Shown here in pieces: positions 34,100 through 47,968 of a stretch of DNA of 64,000 nt. Source of the stretch: Entomortierella parvispora E1425 (taxonomy: Eukaryota; Fungi; Mortierellomycota); the NCBI GenBank assembly GCA_020891255.1, contig BQFW01000014.1, positions 1 to 64,000 on the forward strand. The letters run 5' to 3'. The position numbers and the translations under genes are program-made. The notes under the pieces are model-generated. The model was given only the letters and a program-made list of their open reading frames with translations, had not been told where the DNA came from and made no database searches. The first letter of the stretch is position 1. Each line of letters starts with the position of its first letter.

Positions 34100-36221
34100 C
34101 TAGTTTCCTGGCTTCATGGCCTTCTTGATAATCTCTTCAGCCTCGTCCAGATCCTCGGGCAGCTGTACCATCTTGCGATCGAAATGCTCTTCGATAGCGT
34201 TCATGACCGCCATAGACCTGTCGTCGTGCACAAAGTTTACTGACACTCCAGTGCGTCCGAAACGTCCAGTTCTGCCAATACGATGAAGGTACGTTTCAGG
34301 GTCAGGGCGGTGATATTGATCCGTAGGGAGGTCGTAGTTCACAACCATGTTGACGTTCGCAATGTCGATACCACGCGCAATAACGTTGGTCGTGATCAAA
34401 ACCTTGGACTTTCCAGCGCGGAATGAATCAATAACTCCATCACGTTGTGCCGCCTCCAACTTTCCATGCAATGACACAACAGCGTGGTGCTTTTCAGACA
34501 TCTTTTGTGCAATTGCGTCCGCCGTTTCGCGTTTCTATTGGGAAGTTGGCAGTACAATACGGATTGTCAGGATTCACGTTTCGAAGGGTACGAACAAGTG
34601 CGCAGCCTAGAGAGGAACACCACTGTACCTTGACGAAAATAATACTCTGACTGACAGTCAACAGAGAGTAGAGGCCGACAAGAATCTCGTATTTCCTGTT
34701 GCTATTTTCCCTTGATTGGTTACGGCAGTCAACATAAAACTGCTTGATACCATCGACTGAAAGTTCCTCTGGCTTGAGAGTAATCTGGTTGGCATTGGGC
34801 GCCATTTCCTCCGCAAACTTGCGGACACGGTCTGCCCAAGTGGCGGAAAAGAGAACAATCTGGCAATCCTTAGGAAGGTTTCTATACGCAACAAGGGTGA
34901 TGGATTTGTGAGAACTCCCAAACCTGCTCTAGGCCATAGCAACACCATTATCGGCAAGATCTGCTTACCTCTTCATGTTACGACTCTGCTCTCCTAGACC
35001 CTGCATGTCAAGCATATTATCAGCCTCATCCAAAACGTAGAGGCGGATGTTCTTGGCGTCAATGACACGTCTCTTGATGAGGTCTGACACTGTGCCGGGT
35101 GTGCCAACAATGACATGGGCGGTAACCCTTGGTGGCAAATTCTCATCCTTGATCGCCTGTGCTGTGGTCACTTTGGTGAACTTGCCCATCTCCTGAATGA
35201 CTTCCATGGTCTGGCGAGCCAACTCTCGAGAAGGAGACAAAACCAGAGCCTACGCAATTGTATCGTTCTGTTAGATCTGTTCACTCGTGAATTATTCTTA
35301 CATACTCATCATCTTGAGAGCTGTACTCACCTGAGGGGCGTTAAGATCATAGTTGATGCGGCTCAAAATGGTCAGAGCGAAGGCGGCAGTCTTTCCGGTT
35401 CCGGACTGCGACTGGGCAATCATGTTTCTTGGGCTATTCATGTGATATCAGACAGAGGATTGAAGTTTGCCGTCAGATTACTTGAGAATCTCCACCCCTA
35501 CCCCTTCCCCAGCAACTTTGAAACTTACGGGTTCTGCAACAACAAAGGCAAGGCACGCTCCTGGATTTTAGAAGGCTTAGCAAACTTCATGTTGTAGATT
35601 CCTTTGAGAAGGTCCTCGTGCCTGTTTGTGGACATGACGTTGCAGCCATCAAGGATGTTAATAAGAAGGAGCAATGACCATTATAGGCTTTGGGAGATTC
35701 AGACGCTCCAAATCTGTTCAACTTACAAGCCCAAGTCCTCGAAGGACTGTGCAGAGTAAAGGGGAGAGCTAACGTCCGCCTGCTGATCAGCCAGCTTGAC
35801 AACGACACTGTAAGATGACTCGAGAAGATCCGTGGCGCGCTCCTCGGCCGTAAGAACATCTTCAGAACGAACAAGATAATTTGAAAAGGAAACAGGCACA
35901 CATGCTGTCAATACGAATGCAGTCAACTTAATGTGAGAGATCTAAAGACAGTACTCATTATTACCCTCGGAAGAATCTGGAGTGGCTGCCTCTGCTGTAG
36001 TGGTTGCCTCTGCTGTAGTGGTTCCATCTACATCTGTAGTGAGGTTCTCGAGCTTCGAGGTGAGCTCTACATTAAGAAAGAATGGGAGGCTGAGTCAATG
36101 CTGGGTGGCGTGGCAAATTGCGGCACTTTGGCGAAAGGTAAAAAAGTTTGCTCCAGACGTGGGTTCATGGGGATTCCGTCGACATACCCTCCTCGGTAAT
36201 CTTATCGGCGACAGTGGTCAT
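34100..36221 (-). CDS. DBP5: DEAD-box mRNA-export helicase Dbp5/DDX19, multi-exon
   Basis: [11 protein letters not shown]; [13 protein letters not shown]; PSRELARQ; GTPG; LDEADNML; SIIF; TNVIARGID; [13 protein letters not shown]. Confidence 0.96.
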
Positions 36222-36413
36222 GGCGGGTGGATGGATTTGAGGACTGAAGAATGAAGAGGAAAGGAGGAAAGATGGATCGGACCAGGTCCCAATCCAAGCA
36301 GGCATTTTCACTTTGAGAAGGGTAATTATGAAACACGTGACTTCAATATTTGTATTTCAAATTATGTAGGTCTACTTGACATGCGCTGCTCATTCGTCGG
36401 CACATATCTAACA

Positions 36414-37062
36414 CTAGTGGTGAGACTCGCTCATGTTGGGCTGCAAATTCTCAACCTTGGGGTTGGTGTACGAGTTGCCTTCTTGGTTGGCGTTCAAGTT
36501 CGATCCCGACGAACTGGGCACTGCAGACATGGAAGGCGAGGGAGTCGCGCCTACGAAATGCATGACGATGTAAAAAAGACCGGCGGCCATAATAAGGCAT
36601 CCAACCACAATGTTGAACCACTTCCATGACAAGCAAAGAAGACCGATACAGACATAAAAGATACCGCGTCCCAACATTGAGAACAGAAAGCCCAGGTTAT
36701 ACACAATCGATTCTGGGATAGTGAATTCGAGCGCGAAGGTCAAGAGACCAAAGCCGCTATTGAGATGAGCAGCACAACACATCTTTATCAGCTACAATCG
36801 TCAGAAAAGACTGTTCTGGATGAATTTCCTTTCAATTGACTTACACAACGAAGACACCGAGAATACCAGAGTTCCATGATCCGAGGCGGACAAAGAGGAT
36901 AACACCACCCAAGATGATGAGGATTGCTGTTCACAAGACCACATTAAGGAGGATACATGTGAGTAGACTGCCTCTGTACCACTACCTTGCGATTGATCAG
37001 GAAGTCGGCCTCTTACAGACGATGAGATTCAAGCAACGAAAGAGCGAAGCGCCTTTAGCCAT
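36414..37062 (-). CDS. TVP15: COPI-associated Golgi membrane protein, Tvp15 family, 3 exons
   Basis: Spliced hydrophobic protein MAKGASLFRCLNLIV..; hallmark FLFSMLGRGIFYVCIG. Confidence 0.8.
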
Positions 37063-37959
37063 GATGATGAAGATTTTTTTTTTTTTTTTTTGCTGGACGA
37101 GTTCTGGTGTTTAGAAAGGTGCGGGGCTAGATAGTGTCTGGAGCTCAGGAATGTGTTTGTGTTTGTGGAGAAAGAGACGGCGGGGCGCCTTTAATAGAGG
37201 ATGGGGTCGCACTTTTTTTGACCATGAGACTCTATGCGAAAATATTTTATCTGACACACGCGTCTCAGATGCAACAGCACATTAAGGGTATGATTTTGGG
37301 CCCTAGGTCTTCATTCCTCAGCCGATCACCGGAATACATGAAGACACCTCAACATGGACCGTAACAAGGAGAACGCCAGCGTTGCCATTAAGACACCGCA
37401 AACCAGTGAATGCACTTTGTGGTCTCTCGTCCAATATGAATGCGACCTCTCGCGTGAGCAAATCGTCTGCCGTCCAGTGTACCGACTGCTCAAAAAGTAA
37501 CCAGAAACAGGCCATCGTAATTGTAATGTTGTGAGAGGATGCGCATTCAATTCTAAAATGAATTTGTTCACATAGATGCAAAGGAAGACCAACAGTGGAA
37601 GTGACTCCACTATATGACCCTCTCGGCAATGTTCTCCATACTTGATGTTAAGTTGAACGAGAGGAATGAATCTCAAAGATTTGCATGAAAGCCCGAAGAA
37701 ACCCCTCTGCCATGTCCTTCACCTCTTTTTGCCTGGCCATCCCACCTGAACCTCGAACCCCACATAGGAGCGGCACCATTTATACCATCTTCGAGGTCGC
37801 GCTTTCAGACGCAGGAGAATAGCTGCAATAAAGCGACTCCGAGCAATTGCTCGCCGCAAATGTATTGGATTTTAGATGACGGGATGGTACTGCTGCTGTT
37901 TGCCCTGGGCCTTCTGGGTGTTGATCCATAATCCATGACTGTAACCAATGCCAATTCCT

Positions 37960-38534
37960 TTATCCCTCATGGTACTTTTGACTGATCAAGTATTCCTCCC
38001 AAGATATCTTGCCACTATTCAATAAGAATATCAATGGTCAGCAGTGAAGAAGATCTCTAGCAAAGAACAAGTTCCAAGGACCACTACTTACTCGTTATCT
38101 GTGTCATCCTCAGCGATGACGTGGTCAATCATGTCAAGCATGGTCGTCAAGGGGAGAGCAGAGTCCGCTGATCCCTGGTTATAATCGCTGAAGGCAGCTC
38201 GGAGCTCGATTCCATCCAGGTACCCGTCCTTATTGCCGTCATGGAGCGAAAACAACATCAAAAGCTCCTCCTTTTCGGAAAGGTTTTTTCCTTTGTCGCC
38301 CATGTGCTCCTTGGCGAAGCTAATATGAAGGGGACATGGCTGTTAGAAGAGTAATGTGATGGTACCTATGAAGATATCCAATAAGTTGACGTACACCTTG
38401 GCTTTGCCCATGTCGCCGTAGTTGCTGTGCTCAGTCTCGGTCTGTCCTGGGATGCCAGACCCGGCACTGGCGGTGGCAATGAGGGCAAGTAGCGCAAGCA
38501 GGCTCCAAGAATTGGTCCGGCCAGAAGGTAACAT
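37960..38534 (-). CDS. Secreted two-EF-hand protein, MCFD2/Ssp120-like, 3 exons
   Basis: Signal peptide LLALLALIATASA; EF1 FSLHDGNKDGYLDGIEL; EF2 DDTDNDGKISWEEY; ends KYHEG*. Confidence 0.8.
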
Positions 38535-39096
38535 TTGAGAGACAGAGGGGTGGGGGTGTGAGAATGTAAGAATGAGTTTCTGTGAGGGTCTTGGGATTGA
38601 AAGGAGCGCAAAGCGCGTATGGGAGCCCGCTACATCGTTTGTTCGTTTGGCGACGAACCACATGCACCCACGTCCTCTTCCAACTGCAATCAAATCATTT
38701 TGTAACTGTGTCGCCCCCTTGGCCATGGACACACCCAACTCGGACAAATGTAGACGCTCACCCACTTGATCACGGAGATCTTTCAGGCTTCATTCATGCA
38801 CCATTGTCCTTCCTCCCATGCACACTCTCTGACGCGTGTCGGGGTCCCAGGTGTGTCGAGCACCAGCACCAACTTTCCCCCAACTGCAAAGTTGGCCTCG
38901 AGGACTGGTGTACGTTGAATGTGTCGTACGTGATGATTATAAATTTCCCGTGAAAGAACAAAAAGCCATAAAAGAAAGAAGCACAGAACCAAAAAAAAAA
39001 AAAACTCCCATCACCCACGTTCTTTCGTCCCTCCCAGCTCTACTTCTCTATCGTTTCCCTTCCTACCTTTGAATGTACCGAGCCTTCGCCCGCACA

Positions 39097-39890
39097 ATGT
39101 CATCAGTCGCCTCTACCTCCCCCAAAACTATCAAGATTGATATTGTCTCAGACACCGCCTGCCCATGGTGCTATGTGGGCAAGAAGCGTCTCGAGGTAAC
39201 CGACTAGATTCAATATACAGTGATATGCCAGAAGTTGCTGGTCTCGACCGTTGACGCCCACGGAACGATGGATGTGGATATTTCCATAATCGACTGACTC
39301 CAGGAAATCCACCTTGAACACAATAGAAAGCCATTGCTTCTTTTAAGGCCGATCGACCCGAAAACAAAGATGTCCAGTTTGCAGTGAACTGGCACCCTTA
39401 TCAACTGGATCCCTCTTTGTCCAAAACCCCTCTCCCAAAGATGGATATGTACGTCAAGAAGTTTGGTGCCAGTCGAGCCCCACTAATCCGCAATCGAATG
39501 ATCGAAGTCGGTCAGGAGGAAGGCATCGCCTTCGCTTATAACGGCTCTATTGTCAATACTCTCGACTCTCATCGCTTAATTGCCTTTGCGACTAAGCGTG
39601 GCAAGCAGAATGAGATGGTTGACGAACTCTTCAGAAACTACTTTGAGGAGGACAAGTGTGGTGAAATCCCAACGCTGATTGAATCTGCAGTCAAAGTGGG
39701 TCTTGACCGTGACGAAGTGGAGCAATATTTGAAATCTGACCAGGGAGTGGCAGAGATCCAGGCAAGCATCGAACAGGCAAAACTGGAGGGCGTCAACGGC
39801 GTGCCAAACATCACTATCCAGGACAGGTATGTGCTCTCTGGAGCACAGGAGCCAGAAACCTTTGAGCAAGTCTTCAATCGCCTCACTTGA
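39097..39890 (+). CDS. DsbA/FrnE-like thioredoxin-fold protein, 2 exons
   Basis: IKIDIVSDTACPWCYVGKKRLE; WHPYQLDP; NTLDSHRL; GVNGVP; SGAQEPETF. Confidence 0.93.
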
Positions 39891-40111
39891 GCACAAAATG
39901 GCAACATACAAGTCGATTTTTTTTTTATTTCGCCATCTTCCCTTTAAATAAAAATACGCCGGAAAGCAACGAACGCGACAAGAGAAAAAGAGAACGCGCA
40001 GAACTATGACTATCTTGCAAACGTCCTTCTCTCCTGTCACCATTTTGCCACTCTGATTCTTCTCGACATCCCTTTCTCGCCTTCCTGAAGCCGCTGTGAA
40101 AGAACAGGTCC

Positions 40112-41369
40112 TTAGGCAGTGACAGTGGTCTCTCCCTCGGCCTCAGCAGGCTGCTCCTCTGAAAGTGCAATCTTGATCACGAGATCTCTGCCGTCGGCCT
40201 GTGCATTGCTCATCTGCTCAAGAACCTTCAGCTGTTCAGCCTCATCAACGAGTTCGACAAATCCGAAGCCCTTGGAGGGTCCATTGCCATGGCGGCGAAC
40301 AACGTGAGCAGAGGCGACCTTGAACTCGGCAAAGAGAGCCTTGAGTCCATCATCGTTCATGGCGAAGGGCAAGTTGGCGACAAAGACGGTGGTCTTGGAA
40401 GGAGGTCCAGCAATGCGGGGGGTTGAATGTGCTGGCTTCTCAGTCTCGCCAGCGGCAGCAGCGCCCTTACGTCCAGACTTGCGGTTGTTGCGGTTACGAC
40501 GCTTGGTACCCTCCTTTGCCTCGCCATTAGATTCTGCTGGAGTCTCGGCGGCAACCTCCTCGGCGGTACCTTCCTCTCCCTCGTTCTAGAAAAAAAATGG
40601 GCCAAAAAATAACGCTCAGGTTAGAAAAAGACAAAGGACACCAAGAAAACAATCATCATCAATATGAGCCAACATACGCGAGTCTTGTTGCGGCTGCCAG
40701 CCTTGCGGTTGCGACGGCTACGGCTGGATCTGGGCTTGACCTCCTCAGCGTCGCCAGCCTCAACAGTCTCCTTGGGCTCCTTGGGCTCCTTGGGGGCTCT
40801 GGGGGCGCGCTCAACCTTGGGCTTGGCGACCTCGACATTGATCGTACGGCCTCCCAACTCGGTCTTGTCATGAGTGGCAGCAGCCTGCTCGGCCTGGGCC
40901 AGGGTCTCGTAAGCAACAAAACCATATCCGAGGGGGCGCGTTCCACGGGTAATGATGTTGGCCCTCAAGCTATACAAGCAACAAACGTCCAGTCAGTACC
41001 ATAACCATATACGTCGAGACCAATTTGCAAAGACGAAGCTTGAGTCTCTATCATTCCGCATTCTGACATGACAAGTAGCCCCTGCACAATGTTGCCATCT
41101 TTCATCATCTGCAATGCAGCATTTCTGAGAGATGATTGCCACTAGAGAGCAAACTTTACATCTGCTGCAGTCATCCGCGCAAAAACTCTATCAGGGCACA
41201 TCATCCTCGCATCATCTCTACCATGAGGATCAACTTACACAGGCGTGGGCTTGCTGAAGAGTTCCGAGAGCTCGGCCTCGGTGGTCTGGAAGGACAAGTT
41301 TCCAACAAAGACCTTGTGGCCATCCTCCTCGACGTGAACCTGGGTGGTGGGTGCGGTATCTTGGCTCAT
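40112..41369 (-). CDS. Two-RRM RNA-binding protein (Sbp1-like architecture), 3 exons
   Basis: RRM1 KVFVGNL/GYGFVAY; basic linker; RRM2 VFVANL/KGFGFVE. Confidence 0.92.
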
Positions 41370-42253
41370 GGTGTAGGGACAGGTAGGACGGGTGAACTAA
41401 GGGGGGGCAGGGGACGGGGGGGCGTAAATGGGACGCGGGTTGGGGGGGAACAGGAGCAAGAGGGCAGGAGGGACTGGAGAGAATTGAGAATAGAGAGAAG
41501 AAGAAGAAAGAAGAAAAGAAGGAAATTATTCCAGGGAGGGTGACCACGAACGACGACGAGTCGAGTCGAGAGGAGCAAAGAGAAGAAACGAGAAAAGAGA
41601 GCCCTTTCTGGGCGTGTGTGCGTGTGTGTGTGTGTATGTGTGTGTGTGTGAATAGCAATTGCCGCCTCTTGTCCTTGCCAGCAGGGGTGGACGAGAGAAC
41701 GGGGCTGGCCGACCGGGCTGCCTTGCTGGTGCCTTCCATGTTCCTGGCCCCCTTGTCCCTGCCATCGCGGCTGCCGTTGAAGGCAGACAAGAGCCGTCCC
41801 CTTGGCCCTTGCGTGCTGCAAGAGTCGCCTTTGCCTGCTCTGCTCTGCTCTGCTCTGCACACGACACTCCACATCCAACAACGCCTCCAGCAGAGAGAGA
41901 GAGGAGACCAGGACAGGACAGGACAGGTGGCAGCAGGCCATCGCCGCCTTAAGGGGCCATAGCGACAACAAATTGCCCAAATTGCGTTCGTCACGTGGGC
42001 ATGACTGCCATCTCAAAAAAGTGACAAAAAAGAAGTACCCCCGTCAAGACGGACTGCAGACAAAACTGATCTCCTCCCTTCCATTCCATTCCTCTTCCTC
42101 CATCCTTGCCTGCCATCCTCCGACCGGATCTGAGTACCGTCTGTCTGTCTGTCCGTCCGTCTGTCTTCCGTCTGCCTGCCTCCCCGTCTATCTCTATCTC
42201 CTCCGTCGATCGGCTCTACTTCTTCCTACCACCACTAATTACAAAGATCCACC

Positions 42254-43042
42254 ATGCCTCGCTCGTCTGATCACTCCCGCGATCCCTGGTACTGTCTGCA
42301 GTCTTGTTCGACTCGGGGAAACCTATCCAGCTCTTTGCCGCTGTCGTCGTCTTCTTACTAACATGCTCTCTCTGTCGCTTTTGTCGTATCTCCTTATATC
42401 TTTGCCGTCAACGACAGCCCATATGTCATCTTCTCGGACATTGGTGTTTCTTTTGCCATGGGCGCCATCGGAGGAGGTGTCTGGTATGGTATCAAGGGTG
42501 CCAAGAACTCGCCAAGGGTAAGCAGTCTAGCGGAAACTATCCCCACGACCAGACTATTCTTCAGGTTGTACTTACTCTTCGGCGTACCTCTTTTGTAGGG
42601 TGAACGTTTCCCAGGTGCCTTGGTCTCTTTGAAGGCTCGTGCCCCAGTCTTGGGAGGAAACTTTGCTGTCTGGGGTGGTCTCTTCTCCACTTTCGACTGT
42701 GCGATGAAGGGCATCCGTCAGAAGGAGGACCCCTGGAACTCGATTGCTTCTGGATTCTTGACCGGTGGTTGTTTGGCTGCCCGTGGCGGTCCCAAGGTCG
42801 CTTTGACCTCTGCAGCGATCGGTGGAGTCTTCTTGGCTGTTATTGAGGGACTCGGAATTGTCATCTCGCGCGCCTTTGCTGATCAAAACAGACCCATGAT
42901 GCCTCAGGTATATGAAAGCTCTGGCACTGTATCCTGTTTGTTTGTTTTCGACTTTGCTTTTCTATCCTGGTGTACTGACATGGTTTTTTTTTCCTCTCCG
43001 CATTCGCAGCTTCCCGATATTGCCCCACCAGCGTCGCACTAA
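42254..43042 (+). CDS. TIM17: Mitochondrial inner-membrane translocase subunit Tim17, 4 exons
   Basis: DHSRDPCP; FAMGAIGGG; [16 protein letters not shown]; [13 protein letters not shown]. Confidence 0.97.
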
Positions 43043-43368
43043 AGAAAAGGGCTTAAAGGACCATCAGAACTCCTTTTGTCATTGGAAAAATACTACCCCT
43101 GCCCCTCGATCCCAATTGTAACATCATGCTGTTCGATCATATTCATGGCCCTGGCATCCAAGGCCACAATCTTTTTTTCATCCCTCATTCTTACTCTTCT
43201 TTCAACATTATCTTTGTACCCCCACAGTCATTTTTTTCCCTTCAACTTGTACAATTATCTTAGAGCTGTTTCTCTTATTTTTGAATTGAATAAGACTCTT
43301 TTCCATAAAAAAACAAACCAAAAAAAACTTGTATTGTTGATATTTCTTATTTATTTGATACAAAGCCT

Positions 43369-46300
43369 TCAGTGCTCGATAGTGCCGTTCAAGATCCCAG
43401 CAGACAGATCGTTTCGACGCCTCTTCATTCGGCCTTTGACTAGCTTCGCCTCTACTTTGAGCGACTTCAGCAATTTGTTCTAGCAGTAGGGAAAGAAAAA
43501 AAAATGAGAAACAGACAACTTATCTGACCATGCAATAGTTCTCTCGTCAACATTACCTGCAGAGTCTTCTCCAAGTCTAGCTCGGCTGACTTCAGTTTTT
43601 GCCATCCATTATGACGGTCGCAGTGGCGGCGAACCAGGCACACCTCTCGCCCAATGTCTTCGAGCAGTAATAGTAGATAGGATGGCTGTGCGGTCAATGA
43701 CGATGAGGGTTGACGTTTTGAATCCACGGACAGCTTGTCCTCGTTGCCATTATGAAATTTCTTGGTAGAAGGCGAGACTACCACCACCACACCAGACGAC
43801 GGAGGAGCCATGGAGGAAGAACGTGACCCAGAGGGTGAAGTTGCCACTGACAGCGAAGCAGCGGCGGCGGCTCGCTCCATTCGTTGCATGTCCTGCAAGT
43901 CGTCCCAAACCAAGCTGAAATCAAACCCACAAACATTCTCCTTCTCCAGGTCCTTATCTTTCGCAGACTTGTCCTTTGAAGAAGCTTTGCCTTTGGGCTT
44001 GAACTTGGAGCTGGAGGATCGGCTAGATGCTTCTTGATTCTCATTCCCAACTCCGTTCTCATCCACACCCGAGGATTTTGGTTGAGTGAGAACAACCATC
44101 CCTTCTAGGTTCGAGGGTGACCACGCTCCTAGATCTTGATTTGCCTGTCGACTGACACAAATTTCAAGTTGCTTCTCACGCCCTTCCAAGATCGAACACA
44201 CTTTGCGGACATGGGCCATACGCTCGCGAATGTTGATCAATCGCTGACGATCGTCCAAGTCCGCCAGTGTAAGGCGTCGTCGTTGGAGGTGCTGGTGTTG
44301 CCGCTCTTGTTCAGGCATCGACTCCTCTCCGTCCTTCGACAAAGGCAACGACGTCAAGGGCAGAGACGCCAATCCAAAAACGCGTTCCTGGGAAGCATGG
44401 ATGCGTTCTGTTGCCATCAACAAACCACACTCTTTGGAGCAGTACTTGGATTTCCGAGCTGCTGGCTTTTCGCAACTCGACCGCAGGCAGCTCTTTTTCA
44501 GAGATGCATGTCGACCTTTGTCTAATTGTAATTAATGTGAAAAATGTTAGATACAGGTGTCAGCCATGCACCCTTCTGCTACATGAAGTTGTGGGGAAGA
44601 TGAGCCTTACCTTCACATCGCTTGCAGTAATACTTGTCAACCATCTCGCTGTCCTTCTCTGCAACGCCAACACAGTCTCCGTGGAACCAATCATCACATC
44701 CATCGCAAGCAATCATAAAACGACTACGGTCATAGGGTGTGCGACAAATGCAGTAGAGTCCAGCTCCACCCTCAGATTGATCCGATACGTCAGCGCTTGG
44801 CACGACATCTTGAGCAGGAACCTCAACCTTTGCAACATTCAGATTGGTTGAGCGATTCGTGTTTTGCACAGACGGGACAAGTGCTTTGGAGGACCCCGTC
44901 ACCCCTCGGCGATTATTGGCGTCAGCGTGTCCATCCAAAGTCGAATGTCCCGGTTTTTTCAAGACCGCAGGAGTGGGCTTCCTAGACTGCATTTGTCCTT
45001 GGCCATGATCCTTTGAGCTTGGAGAAGATTCGCGTTCTGAACTCCTGGGCCTTTGACCTGCGGCGTTATTTTTTAGCGCTTTGGGGGCTTTTGCCGTCGA
45101 TTCTTGAGTATCAACAGTCGATTTCTTTTTGCTAAGTTTCCTGTCGATGTGGTCGAGCGAGGTAGTATTAACCTGACCATCGGCTCTGCTGCCAGTCGCC
45201 GTAACACTGTCGGAAAGCCGGTTGGGTTGAACATCCTGCAACACACGATCCCTGTGCCCAAGTATTGATCCCCCTTGTGCTGAATTTGGCCTGGAAGGAG
45301 ACCTTACACTCTCAAGGATAGTTTCCCCTTGGTTGTAGGCAGCGTGACCTGAAACCGATGCGGGTCGCGTCAACTCTGACGGGGTTTGCAGGGTCGGCTT
45401 TATAACATCTGATCCTAGGCCTATTGGTCGGCCCTTCGAGATCTCCATTTTGGCAGGCTTGCTCTTTGACTCCTCGTGTCCAAGTGCCGTACTCTGATCT
45501 TCGTCATCATTGTCGACACTGCTTGTCGTGCCTAGCACAATAGGCTTTTCAGTCACAATAGTCGGCTTGAGGTCAACCGGTCCTTCAGCCCCAAGCATTC
45601 CGGTCTCATGCGGCAAAGGTTCCTTTGAGAGTGCGCTTTCCAGGCGTGCCTTCTTCAATGGAATTGCAACAGAATCCTCTCGGTTCCCATCTAACGAGTG
45701 CTTTTGTCCAGATAGAGGCAACGCGTCTCCTTTCGATGCGAGTTGGACCACAGACTCCAAAGGCGGCTTCTCAGTCTCCTCTTGATTCCCGCTCAAACCC
45801 TTCTTGGACACTTTTGGAACTCGCTCTTTCTTTGGTTGCTTGAGGGGCTTATCTTTGACAGGCTTATCCTTCCCTCCCTTCTTTTTGGATGGAGGCACTG
45901 GTTCTGCTGGATGAGGCGCAGACGATGGTTCATCTTGGTGGTCGTCCTGGACAGGTGATCGCTCAGCCGAAGCCTCCTCCGCGCTAAATGAGGTCGGAGG
46001 TAACATGGGATGCTGCGGGTTCTTCAAGCCTTCCTGTTTGTAGACGGGACTGGTCTCCAGGCGGTCCGTCGTTGTCGGCTGCGGTGGTTGGTGGTTTAAC
46101 ATTGCGATACGGCGATCATCCCCAGTATCCGTGCGAGAATTGTCCTCGTTGTTCTCTGGTTCAGGTGCATTCAAGAGATTCATAAGACTTAAAGTCCTTG
46201 ATGAAGGCAGTGAGGGGACCTTGTTGACAGGGGAGGCCAACTGACTGTCAGATTGTATAGAGTACGAAGCCGCGCTCGTTCGAACTGATGGAGAACCAGA

Positions 46301-47936
46301 GTGTCCAGCTAGTGAGCTTGAAGGGGCACGTTGACGGGAATCATTAGGTAGAGACTTTGAAGATGATGCGGAATGAGCTGGTCCAGGGGGGGTTGACAGA
46401 CCGGTGGGTTCTGGTTGTGGCGACAGGTGAGACGTTTGGCCATGGTACATAACCTCATCCTGAGTGCTGTATCCCGGATGCGTTCCAGGACGGGATGGGT
46501 GCAGAGAATAGGGCTGTGGTGGGGCCTGATGTTCCAAATGTTGAGTTAGATGTGCTTGTGACTGGGAGTGAGCAAGCTGATGTTGTTGATGCTGCGCTGG
46601 ATGAGGGTGGTGCTGAATTGAGCGAGGTGGAGGATGCTGAGTCGACGACTGGGGTGATGGGGCGGCGATTCCTGCACTCCTGTTTTGTTTGTGCTCGTGG
46701 CCTTGCTGTTGCTGTTGCTGTTGCTGCAATTGCGACATAAAAGTCATAACCAATGCCTCATCGTTTTCCGGGTGAGGGGACTGTCGAGGGTACTGCTGAG
46801 CTGTCGGTGAGGGCCTCGGCATTGATCCGGCGGATGAGTCCTGACTCAACGTGCGATGTCCAGTAGGCACTCCGCTGTGTTGGACTGAGGGAGGAGGGGA
46901 ACTACCTCGGCGAGCATATTCATATTCGTGATGGCCATAAGGCTGCCCATGAATTGAGTGGGCATGTGGAGCATGCTCATCAGGACCCGGTGCCCTACTG
47001 TAGTTCGCTCCTGGCTGCATCGAGAAATGAGAACTATGTGGTGCATGCTGGTGAGGTTGATGCAAATGTTGTTGCTGATGCTGCAACTGCTGTTGCTGTT
47101 GTTGATGTTGTTGTTGTTGTGAATGATGATGAGGCTCCAGGCGTTGCTGTTGATGCTGTGCTGGAATAGAGTGGTGTGGATCTGGGAAGTTTGGCTCTGT
47201 GTAAATGGATTGCCGGTGATGCTGATATTCAAATGTTCCTGGGTTCCCAGCTTCCGTTGCATGCTGTCGATATTCACCATGGAACGGGTGGTTTGAGAAA
47301 GATGTTTGTCTCGACTTTGAGGTAAATTCCGGTGGATTCCGAGAAGGTGAGCCAGGCCGCATTCCAGAAAGTCCCGTATTAGTAACCCCATAACGACCAG
47401 ATCCAGCAGGGGGCGATTGTAAGCGTCCATCCCCTGATGGCTCTACACTTGTGCGTCGTGGTGTCGAGTGGAGAGATGCATTTGAAGGATGGGATGTCAT
47501 CGAAGCTGCAGCTGCCACAGGACCAGAAAATGACGATGAGTGAGAATGCATACTCGTACCCTGACTGACATTCCCAATCTGTTGTCGGGCCTGCCTATTG
47601 TGTGTTGGTGCCATAGTGACTCCTTGGTTATGGAACTGTGCCTCTGAAGGACCTTGCCCGGGAGAATACTGAGGATACTGCCTAAACTGCGGTGGTTGGT
47701 TTTGGGGTGTCATAGATGATGGAAGTCCGGGACCGCCGCTGGCATAAGGAATCGATCCAGATGAGGCTGAGGATGTGGATGAAGAAGATGTCGGAGGAGT
47801 ATGGGGCTGGTAGTACGACTGATGCTGCAATTGTGCAGGGGGCTGGCCAGGATGCTGGTGCCTGGGTTGCTGCGCTTGGTTCTGAAAGTGAGAGTGCGAT
47901 TGAGGTTGGTATGGCGGCAGCGGCTGATGTTGTTGT

Positions 47937-47968
<32 letters not shown>

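Noticed and set aside
37134-37900. Short ORFs between TVP15 and the MCFD2-like gene
   Set aside because: No consistent splice model or recognisable motif.
40975-41236. Box C/D snoRNA in the long intron of the RRM gene
   Set aside because: ATGATGA is present, but the only downstream CTGA is the branch-point CTGAC and no terminal stem was seen.
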